A stretch of DNA of 64,000 nt. It comes from the human T2T-CHM13v2.0 reference genome, Homo sapiens. The translations under genes and the position numbers were made by a program. The notes beneath the pieces were generated by a model. It worked only from the letters and a program-made list of their open reading frames with translations, did no database searches and was not told the origin of the DNA. This document shows, piece by piece, positions 1-14,589 of this stretch. Where the stretch lies: assembly GCF_009914755.1 (NCBI RefSeq), contig NC_060945.1; one strand, 5' to 3'. How positions within the stretch are numbered: position 1 is the stretch's first letter; each line of letters opens with the position of its first letter.

Positions 1-255
1 AAGATCTTGTTTTGTTATTTTCTAAAAGTTTTATAGTTCAATGTTTTACATTTAGGCCTGTGATCCATTTTGAGTTAATTTGTATGTAAGATGTGTTATG
101 TAGATCAAAATTCTCCCTCTCTTCCCCTTCACTCCCCTCCTCTCTTTATTTGTCTCTCTCTCTTCCTCTCTCTCTCTCTGTCTCTCCTGTGGCTGTCCAA
201 TTGCTGTGACACCATTTGCTGAAATGACTATCTTTTTTCTATTGAATTGGTTTTG

Positions 256-602
<347 letters not shown>

Positions 603-1519
603 CTAGGTTCCCTGTTCTATTCCGTTGATTGGTGTGTCTGTCTCTCTGCCAATACTGCCACACAGTCTTGATTAGAGTCACACAGTAACCTACTACTATT
701 TTTATTATTACTAATTTATTTTACATATATTATTAGGTCTAATGTTAGTATATTATACTAGTTAAAAATCAGTCTTTACATCAAATAGACTAATTCCTGC
801 TGCTATATATTTTTTCCCAAAATTGTTTCAGTTATTCTAGTTCCATTACATTTCCAAATACATTTGGAATACTTTTATCTATATCTATAATAAATCTTGC
901 TGGGGTTTTGGTCAGAATTGAATTAAACGTGTATATCAATTTGGAGAGAACTAACATCTTTGTTGAGACTTGCAATCCATGAACATAACAATATCTCTCT
1001 CCAGATCTCTTAGGTTTCTTATCAGCATTTTGCAGTTTTCATCACACAAGTCCTGTACATGTTCTTTTATCTACACCTAACCAGTTCATTTTTTTAGCAA
1101 TTCTAGATAATATTGTGTTTTTATCTTCTTGGCTTATTGCTGATCTTAGGGAGAAAGCATTTAGTTTTTTACCATTAAGTATAATGTTAATTATAGGATT
1201 TTTTTTGTAAAAGATCTTTATCGAGTTGAGAAAGTTCACCTGTGTTCCTAGTGGTCTGAGAATTTTTAGTCATGAATGGGTGCTGAATTTTGTCAAGCGC
1301 TTTTTTTTAATTTTTGCTTTGATTGATATTATTATGTGATGTTTCTTTTTTAGCCTGTTGATGTGGTGAATTGTACTGATTGATATTTGAATATTAAACT
1401 GGCTTTGCATCCCTAGAATATACCTCACCAGGTCACTGTGTACTAGGTTGGTGCAAAAGTGCTTGCCATTTTGGACCATGAATTTTGAATCATTAAAACT
1501 AGGCTCAAACACATCTGTA

Positions 1520-2521
1520 TTAATCAAAGTAAGAACCATTACAATCAACACAATTTTGCCAACAAGAAATAAGTTTGTTTACTCCTGTAGCATAAAAATC
1601 CGTGCTTTGAGATTCGAGGAACTTTTGGAAAGCACTTTCTGCATCCTGCTGGTTGTGGAAGCGTTTTCCCTGCAAAAAGTTGTCAAGATGCTTGAAGAAG
1701 TGGTAGTCGGTTGGTGAGAGGTCAGGTGAATATGGTGGATAAGGCAAAACTTCATAGCCCAATTAGTTCAACTTTTGAAGCGTTGGTTGTGCAACATGCA
1801 GTCAGGCATTATTGTGGAGAATAACTCGGCCCTTTCTGTTGACTAATGCCAGCTGCAGGGATTACAGTTTTCAGTGCATCCTATCGATTTGCTGAGCAAA
1901 CTTCTCAGCTATAATGGTTTCACCAGGAATCAGAAAGCTGTAGTGGATCAGACCGGCAGCAGACCACCAAACAGTGACCATGACCTATTTTGGGTGCAAG
2001 TTTGGCTTGGGGAATTGCTTTGGAGCTTCTTCTCAGTCCAACCCTGAGCTGGTCATCACAGGTTGTTGTATAAAATCCACTTTTCGTCACACGTCACAAT
2101 CTGATCAAGAAATGGCTCATTGATGTTGTGTAAAATAAGTGAAGATGACACTCCAAAACGACGATTTCTTTGATTTTCACTCAGCTCATGAGACACCCAC
2201 TTATCGAGATTTTCACCTTTCCAATTTGCTTCAAATGCCAAAAGACCATAGAATGGTCGACGTCGAGTTCTTTGGCAACTTCTCATATAGTTGTAAGAGG
2301 ATCAGCTTCTCAATTGGTCATTGTTAACTCCCAATGGCCAGCCAATATGCTCCTCATCTTCAAGGCTCTTGTCTCCTGTGCAAAACTTCTTGAACATGAC
2401 TGTACTGTAGGCTTATTAGCAGTTCCTGGGCCAAATGTATTGTTGTCGTTGATGTATTACCCATTTTGAACTCAAATAAGAAAATTGCTTGAATTTGCTT
2501 GTTGATTAATGTTATTTCCAT
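1520..2521 (-). pseudogene. Hsmar1 transposase pseudogene
   Basis: Fragments IVTCDEKWILY and YSPDLSPTDYHFFKHLDNFLQGKRF...NGSYFD. The HDNARP motif has decayed to HNNA-stop (1802-1816), and there are frameshifts. Confidence 0.93.
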
Positions 2522-2628
2522 AGTCTAAAATAAATGTAAAATAAACAGCAAGTAATAAGTCATTAGTAAAAAACATAAAGTGAGAAATGCCCATTAAAAT
2601 GATGTATAACATAACCACATTTATTTAA

Positions 2629-2952
<324 letters not shown>

Positions 2953-3209
2953 AAGAATGTATTTCAATACAAATGGCAAATTCCAACCATGTACTCACCT
3001 AATATAATTCTTTTTTATATATTGATGAATTTTATTTGCTAATATTTTGTTAAGAAATTTTGTGTCCATATAGATTCCTCCTCTTACACTGTCTTGTCTG
3101 ATTTAAGTATCGCAATAATGTCAACTTCATAAAATAAATTGTGAAACGTTCCCTCTTCCCTATTTTCTCAAAAAGTTTATGTAGAATTGGTGATAAAACT
3201 TTCAATAAT

Positions 3210-3551
<342 letters not shown>

Positions 3552-3605
3552 TTATCTAGGCCTGGAGATTTCTTTTTGAGAGAGTTGTTAAATTACATAT
3601 TCAAT

Positions 3606-3953
<348 letters not shown>

Positions 3954-4860
3954 TAGGGATCAGTCAAGTGATCTAATTCATGTTGAGTGAGTTGTGGTAA
4001 TATGTGTTTTTAAATAATTGGTTCATTTCATCTAAGATATTCAATTTATGTGTTTAGTGTAGTTTGCAGTGTTCCCTTATTATGTTTTGCTGTGTGATAT
4101 GCCCTGTTTCATTTCTGATATTGATAATTTGTATATTCTTATTTCTCAGTCTTGCTGAGGGGATGCCGATTTTATTAATCTTTTCAAATACGCATGTTGT
4201 TCATCGATTTCTCCCTGTTGTGCTGTTTTCATTTTTGCGTACTTGTGCTCTTATTTTCTTTCTCTTCTGCTTTAGGCTGATTTTGCTCTTCTTACTCTTG
4301 TTTTTTGATATTAGACCTTTGATTATAGATTTGAGACTTTTCCTCTTTTCTAGTTTATACATTTATTGCTATTACTTTTGCTGTGAGCACTGCTGTAGCT
4401 GTGTCCCACAAATTTTGATATGTGGTATTTTCATTTTCATTCACTCCAATTTCTTTTTCTTTCACTTGAGACTTCCTCTTTGACTCATTAATTATTTAGG
4501 AGTGTGTTAATTAGTTTCCAAGTGTTTGGAGATTTTCCTGTTATCTTTCTGTTATTGATTGCTATTTTGATCATATTGTGGTCTGAAAACACTTTCTGTA
4601 TGATTTCAGTTATTTTTAATTTGTTGAGATGTGCTTTACGTGCTATATAATGTGACCTATCTTGGAATATGTTTGTTTGTGGGCACTTGAAAATAATGTG
4701 TATACTTCTGTGGTTGGGTGGTATGGTTAATAAATGTCAACTAGATTCTGTTGATGAATGATTTGTTGGATTCTATATCCTTGATAATTATCTGTTTAAT
4801 TGTTCTGCCCATTATTGGGAGATGTGTGTCAAAGTATACAACTATAAATGTGAACTTGTC

Positions 4861-5180
<320 letters not shown>

Positions 5181-8100
5181 GAAGGTGAACTTGTCTGTTT
5201 CTCTTTTCTGTTTCATACTCTACATATTGAGCAGCTTTGTTTTGGTGCATACACATTCAGGGATGCTATGTCTTCTTGCTGGATTGTTTCTTTTATCATT
5301 GTGTGATGTCTACCTGTGTCTCTGGTAATTTTCTGTCCTTGGAAGTCTATTTTATTTGATATTATTAAAGACACTTCTGTTTTCTAATGTTTGACTAATA
5401 TGCTTACTTTAATCATTTTACTTTCAACCTGTTTATATTGTTATATTTAAATTTTCATTGTAGACAGCATATAATTGGGCCATGGTTTTTAAATCCACTG
5501 TGCAAATCTCTGCCATTTCATTGGTATATTCAAACAATTCACATTTACTTCAATAATTTATTTATATGATTTAAGCCTGCCATTTGAATAGTTCTTTTTT
5601 GTTTGTTCTTTCTGTTTTTTATTTCTCTGAGTTTTTTCTCCTGCCTTTTTGTGGTTTACTTAAACAAATTTTAACATTTTTAGAATTTTGACATATCTAG
5701 AATTTTTTTTTACTAAATTTCGTTATGTAATTTTTTAGTGGCTGCTTTATGTATTATGTTACATATACATAACTTATCACAGTCTACTAGTATCCTCATT
5801 TTACCATTTCAAGCAGTTAAAAAATCTTACCTACTTTTGTACCTTCACTCTTACCCATTTATAATATAATTAATTGTCTTAGATATTTCCTCCACATGCG
5901 TTTAGCACTATACCAGACAGTGCTCTATTTATGTTTCCACAATCAAACATAATTTAGAAAACTCCAGAAAAGGAAAGTCTGTTCTATTTATCCATATTTG
6001 TATGTACTGAATTCTTTCTTCCTTTCTAAACTTCCAAGATTCCCTCTTTTGTCTTTTCCATTCTGTGTGGACAACTTCCTTAGCCATTCTGTCAGGTTAG
6101 GCCTGCTAGTTGAAAATTATTCTAGTTTTCTTTATCTAACAATGTTTTCCTTTCCCCTTCATTTCTAAAGGATATTTTCTATGGATATAAAACTCTAGGT
6201 TGATAGTTCTTTGCTTTCAGCAAGTGAAACGGTCATGTCCTTTCCTTTTGGCTCCCATGGTTTCTGATGGGAAACCCACTGTCTGAATCATTTTTCCTCT
6301 ATAGATAAGACTGTGTTTTTTCCTGCTCTTTTCAGATTTTTTCTTTAAGTTTTTGTAAGTTTGACTATGATATGCTTTGGTATAAATTTCTTTGGTTTTA
6401 TTCTGTTTGCGGTTTGCTCAGCTTCTTGAATCTGTGTCCTTTTTGCTATATTTTGGAAGTTTCCAGCCACTATAGCCACTATTTCTTTGAGGATATTTTA
6501 AGCATTGCCCTTTTTCTCCTCTCTTTCTGGGATTCTAGTGACACAGATACAAATGTTTTATTTTTTGTTATAGTTTCACAGTTGCCTAAGTCTCTGTTTT
6601 TAAGTATAGTTTATTTCTGTTGTTCAGATTAAGTTATTTCCATTATTCTTTCTTCCAGTTCACTGATTCTTTCTTCTGCCTTCTCCACTCTGCTGTCAAG
6701 TACATCCTCTTAGTTTTTGATAATTTCAATTATTTTATTTTTCTGTTCTAAAATTTTATCTGATTATTCTTTGTATCTTCTATTTCTTTGTCAAAACTTT
6801 TACCTTTTTCGTTTGTTTCCACTATGCTTATAATTGCCTCTTGGAGCATTTTCATGACAGCTGCTTTAAAATCTTTGTCAGATAATTCTAACATCTCTGT
6901 CATCTCAATGTTCACATGTATCAATAGCCTTGTAAAAATTCAGTTTGAGATCTTCTTTCTGTTTTGGGTGACAAATGATTTTCGGTTGAAACCTGGACAT
7001 CTTAGGTATTAGGTATGAGGTTCTAATTCTTATTTAAACCTTCTGTTTTATCTGGCTTCTTCTTACACCACGCCGGCCGGGAAAAGGGAGCATGCCGCCT
7101 TGTTACTGCCAGATATGGATAGAAGTAGCTCCTGCTCTTCAATGAACCTCCGTTGGTTTCTGCTACCAAACTGACCTCCACTGATATCTTCCTGGCAAGA
7201 AAAAATGGAGTAGTTTGTTGCTGCTCTTATTGTGGTCTTCACCAGTGCTTTAGAAGTTGAGGGATAGCATGGTAGCCTCATTACAGCTGGACAGTTTCAA
7301 ATGTTCTCAATCTCCACCAAACCTCCTCTCATACTACCTCAGTGGAGAGGGAGATGGATACCTCATTATTGTTGAGTTTGGGGTGGAAGTCTAGACTGCC
7401 CATTTAGTCAACATAGACACTGCATGTAGGGTAAGAGAAGAATCTTGCTAACCCCCGGCAGGGATGAAACTCCTAGATTCCTGCTCAGACTTCTTTTACA
7501 CTACTCTGGGTGCTGGAAGGAGAGGGTGTTGGAATACCCTGGCAAGGATCAGCGTCTGGGCTTGCCACTTTGCCTTTGCAGGTGTACATGGGGATGGGAC
7601 CATAATTCTTTTTGTGGTGTTCAACGAGAGCAAAATGATATTGCTTTCTGTCTTTCTAGGCTGCCCCTTTCTTGTTCCTTTGACTAGAGAGAACAGCCTT
7701 TCGTTGGAACTTGGTTTTTTTGTCTGAACCAGTTGGCATTTCTGGGTTGCAGGCTTCTTCAGCTCTGAGGTTTTGATGTATAAGGTAAAAATTTTAAATC
7801 CATGTCATTCCTTGAGTCCTTCAGTCTCTAGCTAGTTTTTCATCTTCTCTCAGCTTTTCAGAGTCTCTTTAAATTTCTTTGATATGTAATGTGGAGAGAT
7901 TTTAGTTGTACCTAGAAGGGGAATTAGAAAAAACTACGTCTACTCCATCTTTCTACAAGTGAAAGTCTCCCATTACTTTGCTTCTTTTTAAAAATTGTTT
8001 TTAATTGGGAAGACAGCATACAATTTTCACATCAGATTCTTTCAGGAAGTTCAACAGAATTATACAAAACTAACCATGAATTTAGTATTAAAAAGGAAAC

Positions 8101-8239
8101 CTTCAGACAGAGAAAACATCTCTAATTTATTTTTTAATATCCATTTTACTTCCACTTTGCAATTTCCATCGGTTTGTTTCTTGACAAGTTTGTCTCTTTT
8201 AGGACCTGCAACATCTCTGTTTAGTAGTGAGCTTTTCTC

Positions 8240-8372
8240 ATTTAAAAGTACTTACTGAAAGACTCCCACATGGGAGTCACATCAGTTTCTTTCACTGATG
8301 TTCTCCTATGCCTATCAGAAGGCCTGGCACATACTAGGACTTAATAAATAATCTGCTGAATAAGTGAATGAG
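8240..8372 (+). mobile_element. L2 3'-end relic
   Basis: GCCTGGCACATACTAGGACTTAATAAATA...TGAATAAGTGAATG resembles the L2 3' terminus. Confidence 0.6.
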
Positions 8373-8999
8373 AACTGGAAATTTAAATTTTTATGTCAAT
8401 GAATGTGTCATCTGCTTTCTTGTTTTGCTGAATCATGGGGCTTAAGTTTCTGCCAAGCACTCTTTAAATATGTGCTTAGGACACTAGCAGATTTGTCCAG
8501 AATTTTGCAATCTAGAAAAAAAGCAATTTTAATTTTAGCCCGTGTGTAAATTTTTAGTTTATGGTTTAGAATTGCATTATTTTGAATTACAAATGGGGAG
8601 GACGACATGATGGTTCTCACGTGTGTGTATGTGTGTGTACACATTCACTCCTATCGTTGCTAAAGAAAGTCACCTGAAGGACATGGCACAAAAACAACCA
8701 CAAACCATTTTTAGTTATGTTTCCTAGATGCCTGAATCATTTTTCAGATTTTTTTCTATTAGACAAGTCACAGTTTGATTATCTTTGAAAGTCATTGTTA
8801 TGTATTGTGCAGTGTATGTGTTTACACATGGAAAAGGGGCAACATTAATCCATCATTTGGGGAAGACACTGAATATAATGTTAAATTTTTTGCAAACAAT
8901 CATACTTTAGATAAAGATTCTCCAATTATTGCAACATTTTTAAAAAATAAAGTTAAAGGACATGGTTCTTTTTAGTGCCGCTCAGTATGTTTGGTTTCT

Positions 9000-10873
9000 G
9001 TACTAATAATGCTTGCTTTCCTGTTTGGCTTTAAATTCTGCTTAAGGAAATTGTGAAAAATTTAATTCACTCTACTTTTGTTAGAAAGTATAGAAATGTT
9101 CGTGCATGGGATTCATTGCCTGCTAGAATGGAAATTCATTGGGGAGGGGAACCATTTCATTTTACTACCTAAGAGCTGTTGACACAGTCCCTGCATCTTT
9201 CAAAGGCATCTTTCATGCCACGCGGGCAAACTGTAGCCAGCGAAGAAACAGAAAGAGCCCTTCTCACATATGTCAGTCTCAGAAAACTTGCATAGCAGCT
9301 GTGCTAGGTACCGATGAGGATTACTATAGACCCAGTTGCAGGGTTTTATGTGGATAAAGAGACAACTGGCTTTCTCAGGGGAGCACTTTGTTGGAGATTG
9401 CAGCAATAGTGCATCCCTGCTGTTGCTAGAAGACATTGTGACCATGTAGTACAAAATCAGTGCCAGATAAAATCAGAAAGTAACAAAAAGCAAGAAGAAA
9501 ACTCGGAGTTTTTTTAAATCTTAAAGTGAGAGACGAAAACAAATGTTCTGGGCTTGTTTCATTCACTTGTAAGGAAAAGGAGACAGATGAAGGGATGCCT
9601 TTAACTCAGAAAACTTGAAGGGCTTTCAGTCTTTTCATTTGAGAACCATTTGGGTGTGTTGAGAAAAAAAGTTGCCAGAGTAGGCATGTTCAGACCTTTA
9701 TTTGCTACATTTGGTAGGAAAGATTTTTTTTTTCCCCTCTTAACTACAAGAAGCCAGAGTTTTCTGTGCAAACGAAACAGGCGTTGCAAGAATCAGATTC
9801 ACTTTGGACGACTCTTCACATTCCAAGTCATCATTGCGTTAGGCAGCACAATTCCATCTCTGGTTGATGGGCAGAAAAAGTGGGCAGCTTGCCAGGTAGA
9901 CGTTTCCATGACTCCCAGCCCCCAAAGGTGATGCGTTTTTCAGCTAATTCAATGAAGAGTGGGCTGAACTTTGGGTCTAAACGAGACAATAGCTGCCTTC
10001 GCAGTATCAGCAGAATGGTTGATGGGAGTGCACTCTACATTTGGCAGAGAATCATGTGACCTTACGACTGAGATTTTGTGATGGTGCCAACGGAGACTTG
10101 GAAAGCAGCAACCGTCCTGACTTTTTTCTTCTTTTCTAACATGGCTCAGAAAATGGTGGATCTTAATACTTGACTTTAGCCAGACTCAGCAAGCGACTGA
10201 GCTTTGAAGCACAACTTCGCCTTTATTCTGGGTTTTTGGCAGGCCACCAGGAGGCTGTCCCTTTCACGCCTGATAAATTCTGCTGCTTATCTCTAAATAG
10301 AAAAAAAAAAAAAGGAAAATAATAATAGAATATTGAGGCATAACAAGTGAATTCTAAAATTGTATGTGCTTTTTGTTTTTTTTTTTTGTTTTTTTTTGCC
10401 TTTTCTGACTGGTGATTTGTATTTTTGTTTTATTTATTTATTTATTTTTTAGGTTACTACCTTTCTGCTTGTAGAAGAATCCAAGTAGTTGGGTCTTTTT
10501 TTTTTTGGTTTATAATGAACAGGCATTTGAACTGGGCAAACAGGACGACAGCAGCAGTGAGCATGAGATCATTGCATTGCAGCACTGTAGCAAACTGGCA
10601 CCCTGCCTTTGCACCCCTTTGGTTCAGGAGACAAACGTGTGTAATCCTCATTTCTAAAGTCAGCACAGCCTGGAAGGATTCCTGGTCTCTCCCACCTTCT
10701 ACCATTCTGCTGCCAGTGACGGCAAGGATTGGTGTAGCTTCTGCGCAGTGCTTTGTGCCTGGAATACCGAGAAGGAAGAAAAAGAAGACAAGCACCCTGG
10801 TCCTTTTCTAAGAAATTACAGGCGCCCTTGAAGAAAAAATCTGAGTGTGTCCTACTACATGCAAGAGTGCTGG

Positions 10874-10904
<31 letters not shown>

Positions 10905-11130
10905 ACGCTCCTGCTCAAAAACAAAAACAAAAGCAAACAAACAAAAATCCAAACCAAAACAAACCAAAAAAAGCAAACATTGGCTGTATAACTACAGAGA
11001 CATCGGGCTTTGTAAATCAGCTTTTTAAGGCAACATAACCAAATGAGCCTTCTTTATTTTTATTATTTCAAACCATATGGCATAATTAGCAATATATTGC
11101 ACTTGGTGAAATCGCACCTTTCATATCAGG
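9000..11130 (+). promoter_or_regulatory. Candidate internal promoter / 5' exon region for pri-miR-99a/let-7c
   Basis: Repeat-free and more GC/CpG-rich than its flanks, 3.4-5.5 kb upstream of the hairpins. Candidate acceptor at 10452 and weak donor CAG|GTATAA at 11129/11130. Function is inferred only. Confidence 0.4.
10874..10972 (+). repeat. A28 tract followed by (AAAAC)-type low-complexity repeat, with no Alu body
   Basis: Directly visible. Confidence 0.9.
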
Positions 11131-12798
11131 TATAACTTTTTTTGTTGTTTTTCTTTTAAAGGCTACTGTTATATAAAAGGGAATCCTTGAACTTTTAATT
11201 TACTTTTATTTAACTCATTGCCCACTTTACTCTTATTAACTTTTTCCTTTTCCTCTCTTGCTCTAATCTTGATTAAAATAGAAACTTAAGGAAAGATAGA
11301 AAAATCTCTATGAAAAAGACAATACATGTTTTTATGTGGGGTATACACAGAAGTTTTGGAAAGATATTAATATATCTGTGCTTTTTGTGTCCAGTATTAG
11401 TTTTTGCTATCTAAGAAAAGTGAATGTTTAGACCTAGTGGGTAAAAAAAGTAAATCTTTCATGTGACTTATAATTTGAAATGTGAAAGAAGAAACTTTTT
11501 AAACTTGTAGAAAAGGGTTATATTAGAATATGCGTTGAATGACTGATAAATAAGATTGCTTTTGGGGAAGTTATATTCAAATTATTTACAAAGATTTCAG
11601 TAGAACAAAAATAGGAATGAGAAGAGCATGTTCTCAGTTGCTAGGTAGAAAAGAAGCTTCTTTCATAATAATATGCTCTTTTAAAATACATTTTAAAAGA
11701 AGTACTTGTCCTAGAGCAGTTGCAAAAAGCATTGGAAATATCAAGTGTATTAGAAAAAGTACATGCAAACTTGTTTTAAGTTCAGAGCAATGTATTGGCT
11801 CAGCAGATAACTGCATTGCATTATAATTATTTTGTCTGTTTGTAGAAGTAAATTGCTAAGCAATTTAAGCATTTTATTAAAAAAACAGTTTTGCCTGGTT
11901 CAGTGTGAAAGGATTAGCAGATGCATTCCAGCTATTTTAGTTTTGATAAAAAATGTTTCTAAACAAGTGTAAAAATAATTTTTAAAAGAGAATGCTTTTG
12001 AAAAATTCAGCAAGTATCAATGAAAACTATAATTTGCATACTAAGAATTGACGTTATAATATTTCGGTAAAAATATACTTTGGTAATCTGTTATGCTTTT
12101 AAAATCATATTTTCTTATATTACAAATATGTAGGGTAAACAATGAAAAATGTAGAACTGATTAATTCTGCCTTTGTGTTTGCTATTCTATGAACAATTAC
12201 AGGAAATTGCAAAATCCCTATATACTGATAACATTCAAATAAAACGTTCTGTTGGTTATTGTTCACTAATTATTTACAAAATAGCTCTTGTACCTCCATG
12301 CTGCCTCAGCTAATGGTACACCAACTTTCACTGGCTTAATTAATATTGATAAACCTGTTTCCATGTTTCAAGATCCGTTTAAAAACATTATTTTAAATGT
12401 TATTTTTAGCAGCCATTAATCTCTACACTCTTAATTATCTTATTAAGCTCCATGCCAAATCCAAATCTCTTTTCAGCTTTCGCTACTTCATTGTGCAAAA
12501 CCTAGTCGCTTCTTTAACAGCCATCGTCCTTTCACTTTCAAAACTGTTACTGTGAAAACAACACGAACCAAAATGAACGCATAAATGCAAACTATGAAAC
12601 CACTTTATATGTCATATGAGTAGCCTGGGTGGGGCCCTGTGAGTCTTCCAAGGCTTTAAAAAAAAAATACTTTAAAAGGTTTTGCCCATTTTGATATCGT
12701 GTTTTCTTCTCGATCGTCTACCCTCATTCCCACGATCCACTCAGATGCTCCTCCTAGACAGCAGTTGTCTGATATTTCTCCTTTTGTGGTTGTTTTAG

Positions 12799-12859
12799 GG
12801 AAAAACTTAAAATGGATATGAAAAGTGAAGAAAGTGATCATAGGAGAAAACCATTTCAG
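12799..12859 (+). other. Candidate 61-nt internal exon of the host lncRNA
   Basis: Branch-like CTGAT (A at 12772), U-rich tract, TTTTAG| acceptor, purine-rich GAAGAA body, CAG|GTAAAA donor. Alternative upstream acceptor CAG at 12744. Confidence 0.6.
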
Positions 12860-14508
12860 GTAAAAATAAAAAACAAAGAGCAAATAAGATTTACTGTTTT
12901 TAAAGAAAAACAACATTCTTTTGACTGTGTTTTGTTATAAGAATTAATTTCATATTCTTTATGAGTGTAACTGTTGAAATTTTATTGATGGTTTTCATTT
13001 GAAAATGTGTGCTATGACCTACCTTTGTGAAAAATTTCTTGTGGTCAATTGGGCAGTTTGTGTCCCATTGAATATATGTCTGTGTATCCATACGCTTAAG
13101 ATAGGTGCAATACGGTTTACTAGAAAGCTTTATAGGAAAAGAAAAAAATTATATTTTCTTATTTGTTGTACCATATAAAAGGAAGTGAAATCAGGAGGAG
13201 GGGAATAAGGTCATGCTTTTTCATCTTTTTTACATGACCTGATAAGACAATGAAACCAAAACATGCTTTCTTATAGTTATGGTAAAACTAAACCCAATGC
13301 TGCCTCTTATTTCACATTTGCATTTATAAATATATGTTGAAATATTTTTACTACAACTGAATGTATGATTGTTGATTATTTACTATAGTTTTTAATAATT
13401 ATGAGGACAATTTAAGAATAAATAATGGTTTAAAATTATGTAGAACACATGATCTATATAAAGGCTATAAAACGTATTTATTTCAAAATATGCAAAATCA
13501 CTAAGCAATTAGTATGTAGTATTATTTTACACAATAAAGATATAATTAGGAAATGCTAAGTGATTATAGATGTGAAATGATTAATGATTGTACAACTTAT
13601 CATTTTGTTGCAGTTGAGTTTACAATCTTAAAAAAACGTGTATGTGGCTGGCTTTATGTTTACTCGTTTGTGTGTTTGCTTGTTGTCTGGTGGTTTAAAA
13701 CATTTTTTAGTAATATTTTATTTTTGCCCAACCTGTTGACCAGATGAGAGTTGTATGTAGCCATGCATTTTAAGTGTATCTTTTTTGAACAATAAGTTTA
13801 AATATATTTTATTTAGGAAAGAAGATATCCTATGTCATGTAATACATCTGGAGTATAAATGTTAGTGTGGAGTATTAGTAATCATGCCATTATCGTGCCA
13901 TTTAGTTTAGTTTTATATTAACTCATCCAAATATTGTAAATTTTAGCACCATTCCGACTATAGACACAGATGTATATATTTAAGGCTGATAATAACTTCC
14001 TGTATTCTCTAGCTAGTGAACAAGATCTTACTGTTTTATGAGAAAGTTATAATGTTACCAATTCCTTGAAACCAGTAACTAAACTAGTTTTATAAAAATT
14101 AAAATAAGCACGGTCTAACTCATACACAATTAACTTAATAGTTAATTTGGTTTTAATTATAGGCTCGTAATACTACATTCATGCCTCACAATTATATAAT
14201 TCATACATGCATGTATGGATTCTTTTTTCTTTTAAAACTCAATTAGAATAGTTTAATTCCAAAATATTTACTATTGAAACAAAAGCAGTTCGTGAAAAAT
14301 TTTTCAATAAACTACTTTTTAAATTCTCATGCATATAAATTTGTATTTAGTTTTGAATATTTATGAAGGCCTTTAATGGAGAATATGCATCCTTAGAACT
14401 CAGCATTTAAAACATTTATACTAAAGGATCAATATTATTTTTGACTCTTAATTGCATCAGATATTTACAACAAATTCTATATTAATAGGGGGCCCATGCA
14501 AGATGTTG

Positions 14509-14589
14509 CCCATTGGCATAAACCCGTAGATCCGATCTTGTGGTGAAGTGGACCGCACAAGCTCGCTTCTATGGGTCTGTGTCAGTGTG
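14509..14589 (+). ncRNA. MIR99A: microRNA precursor mir-99a (5p 14521-14542; 3p 14558-14579)
   Basis: AACCCGTAGATCCGATCTTGTG = miR-99a-5p and CAAGCTCGCTTCTATGGGTCTG = 3p; the arms pair. Basal UG at 14507-14508 (-14/-13). Confidence 0.99.

Noticed and set aside
1520-1762. SETMAR-like protein
   Set aside because: No SET domain; the transposase is broken by stops and frameshifts. This is a dead Hsmar1 copy, not the SETMAR gene.
9682-9691. p53 half-site AGGCATGTTC (also GAGCATGTTC ~11624 and AGACATGTTC ~23202)
   Set aside because: No adjacent second half-site with an intact CWWG core.
10425-11038. Overlapping 63-135 aa ORFs in the candidate promoter region
   Set aside because: Non-ATG starts and low-complexity poly-K/poly-F from A/T tracts; no recognisable domain.
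13442-13456. Possible androgen response element (AGAACA...)
   Set aside because: The second half-site and 3-bp spacing do not fit AGAACAnnnTGTTCT.
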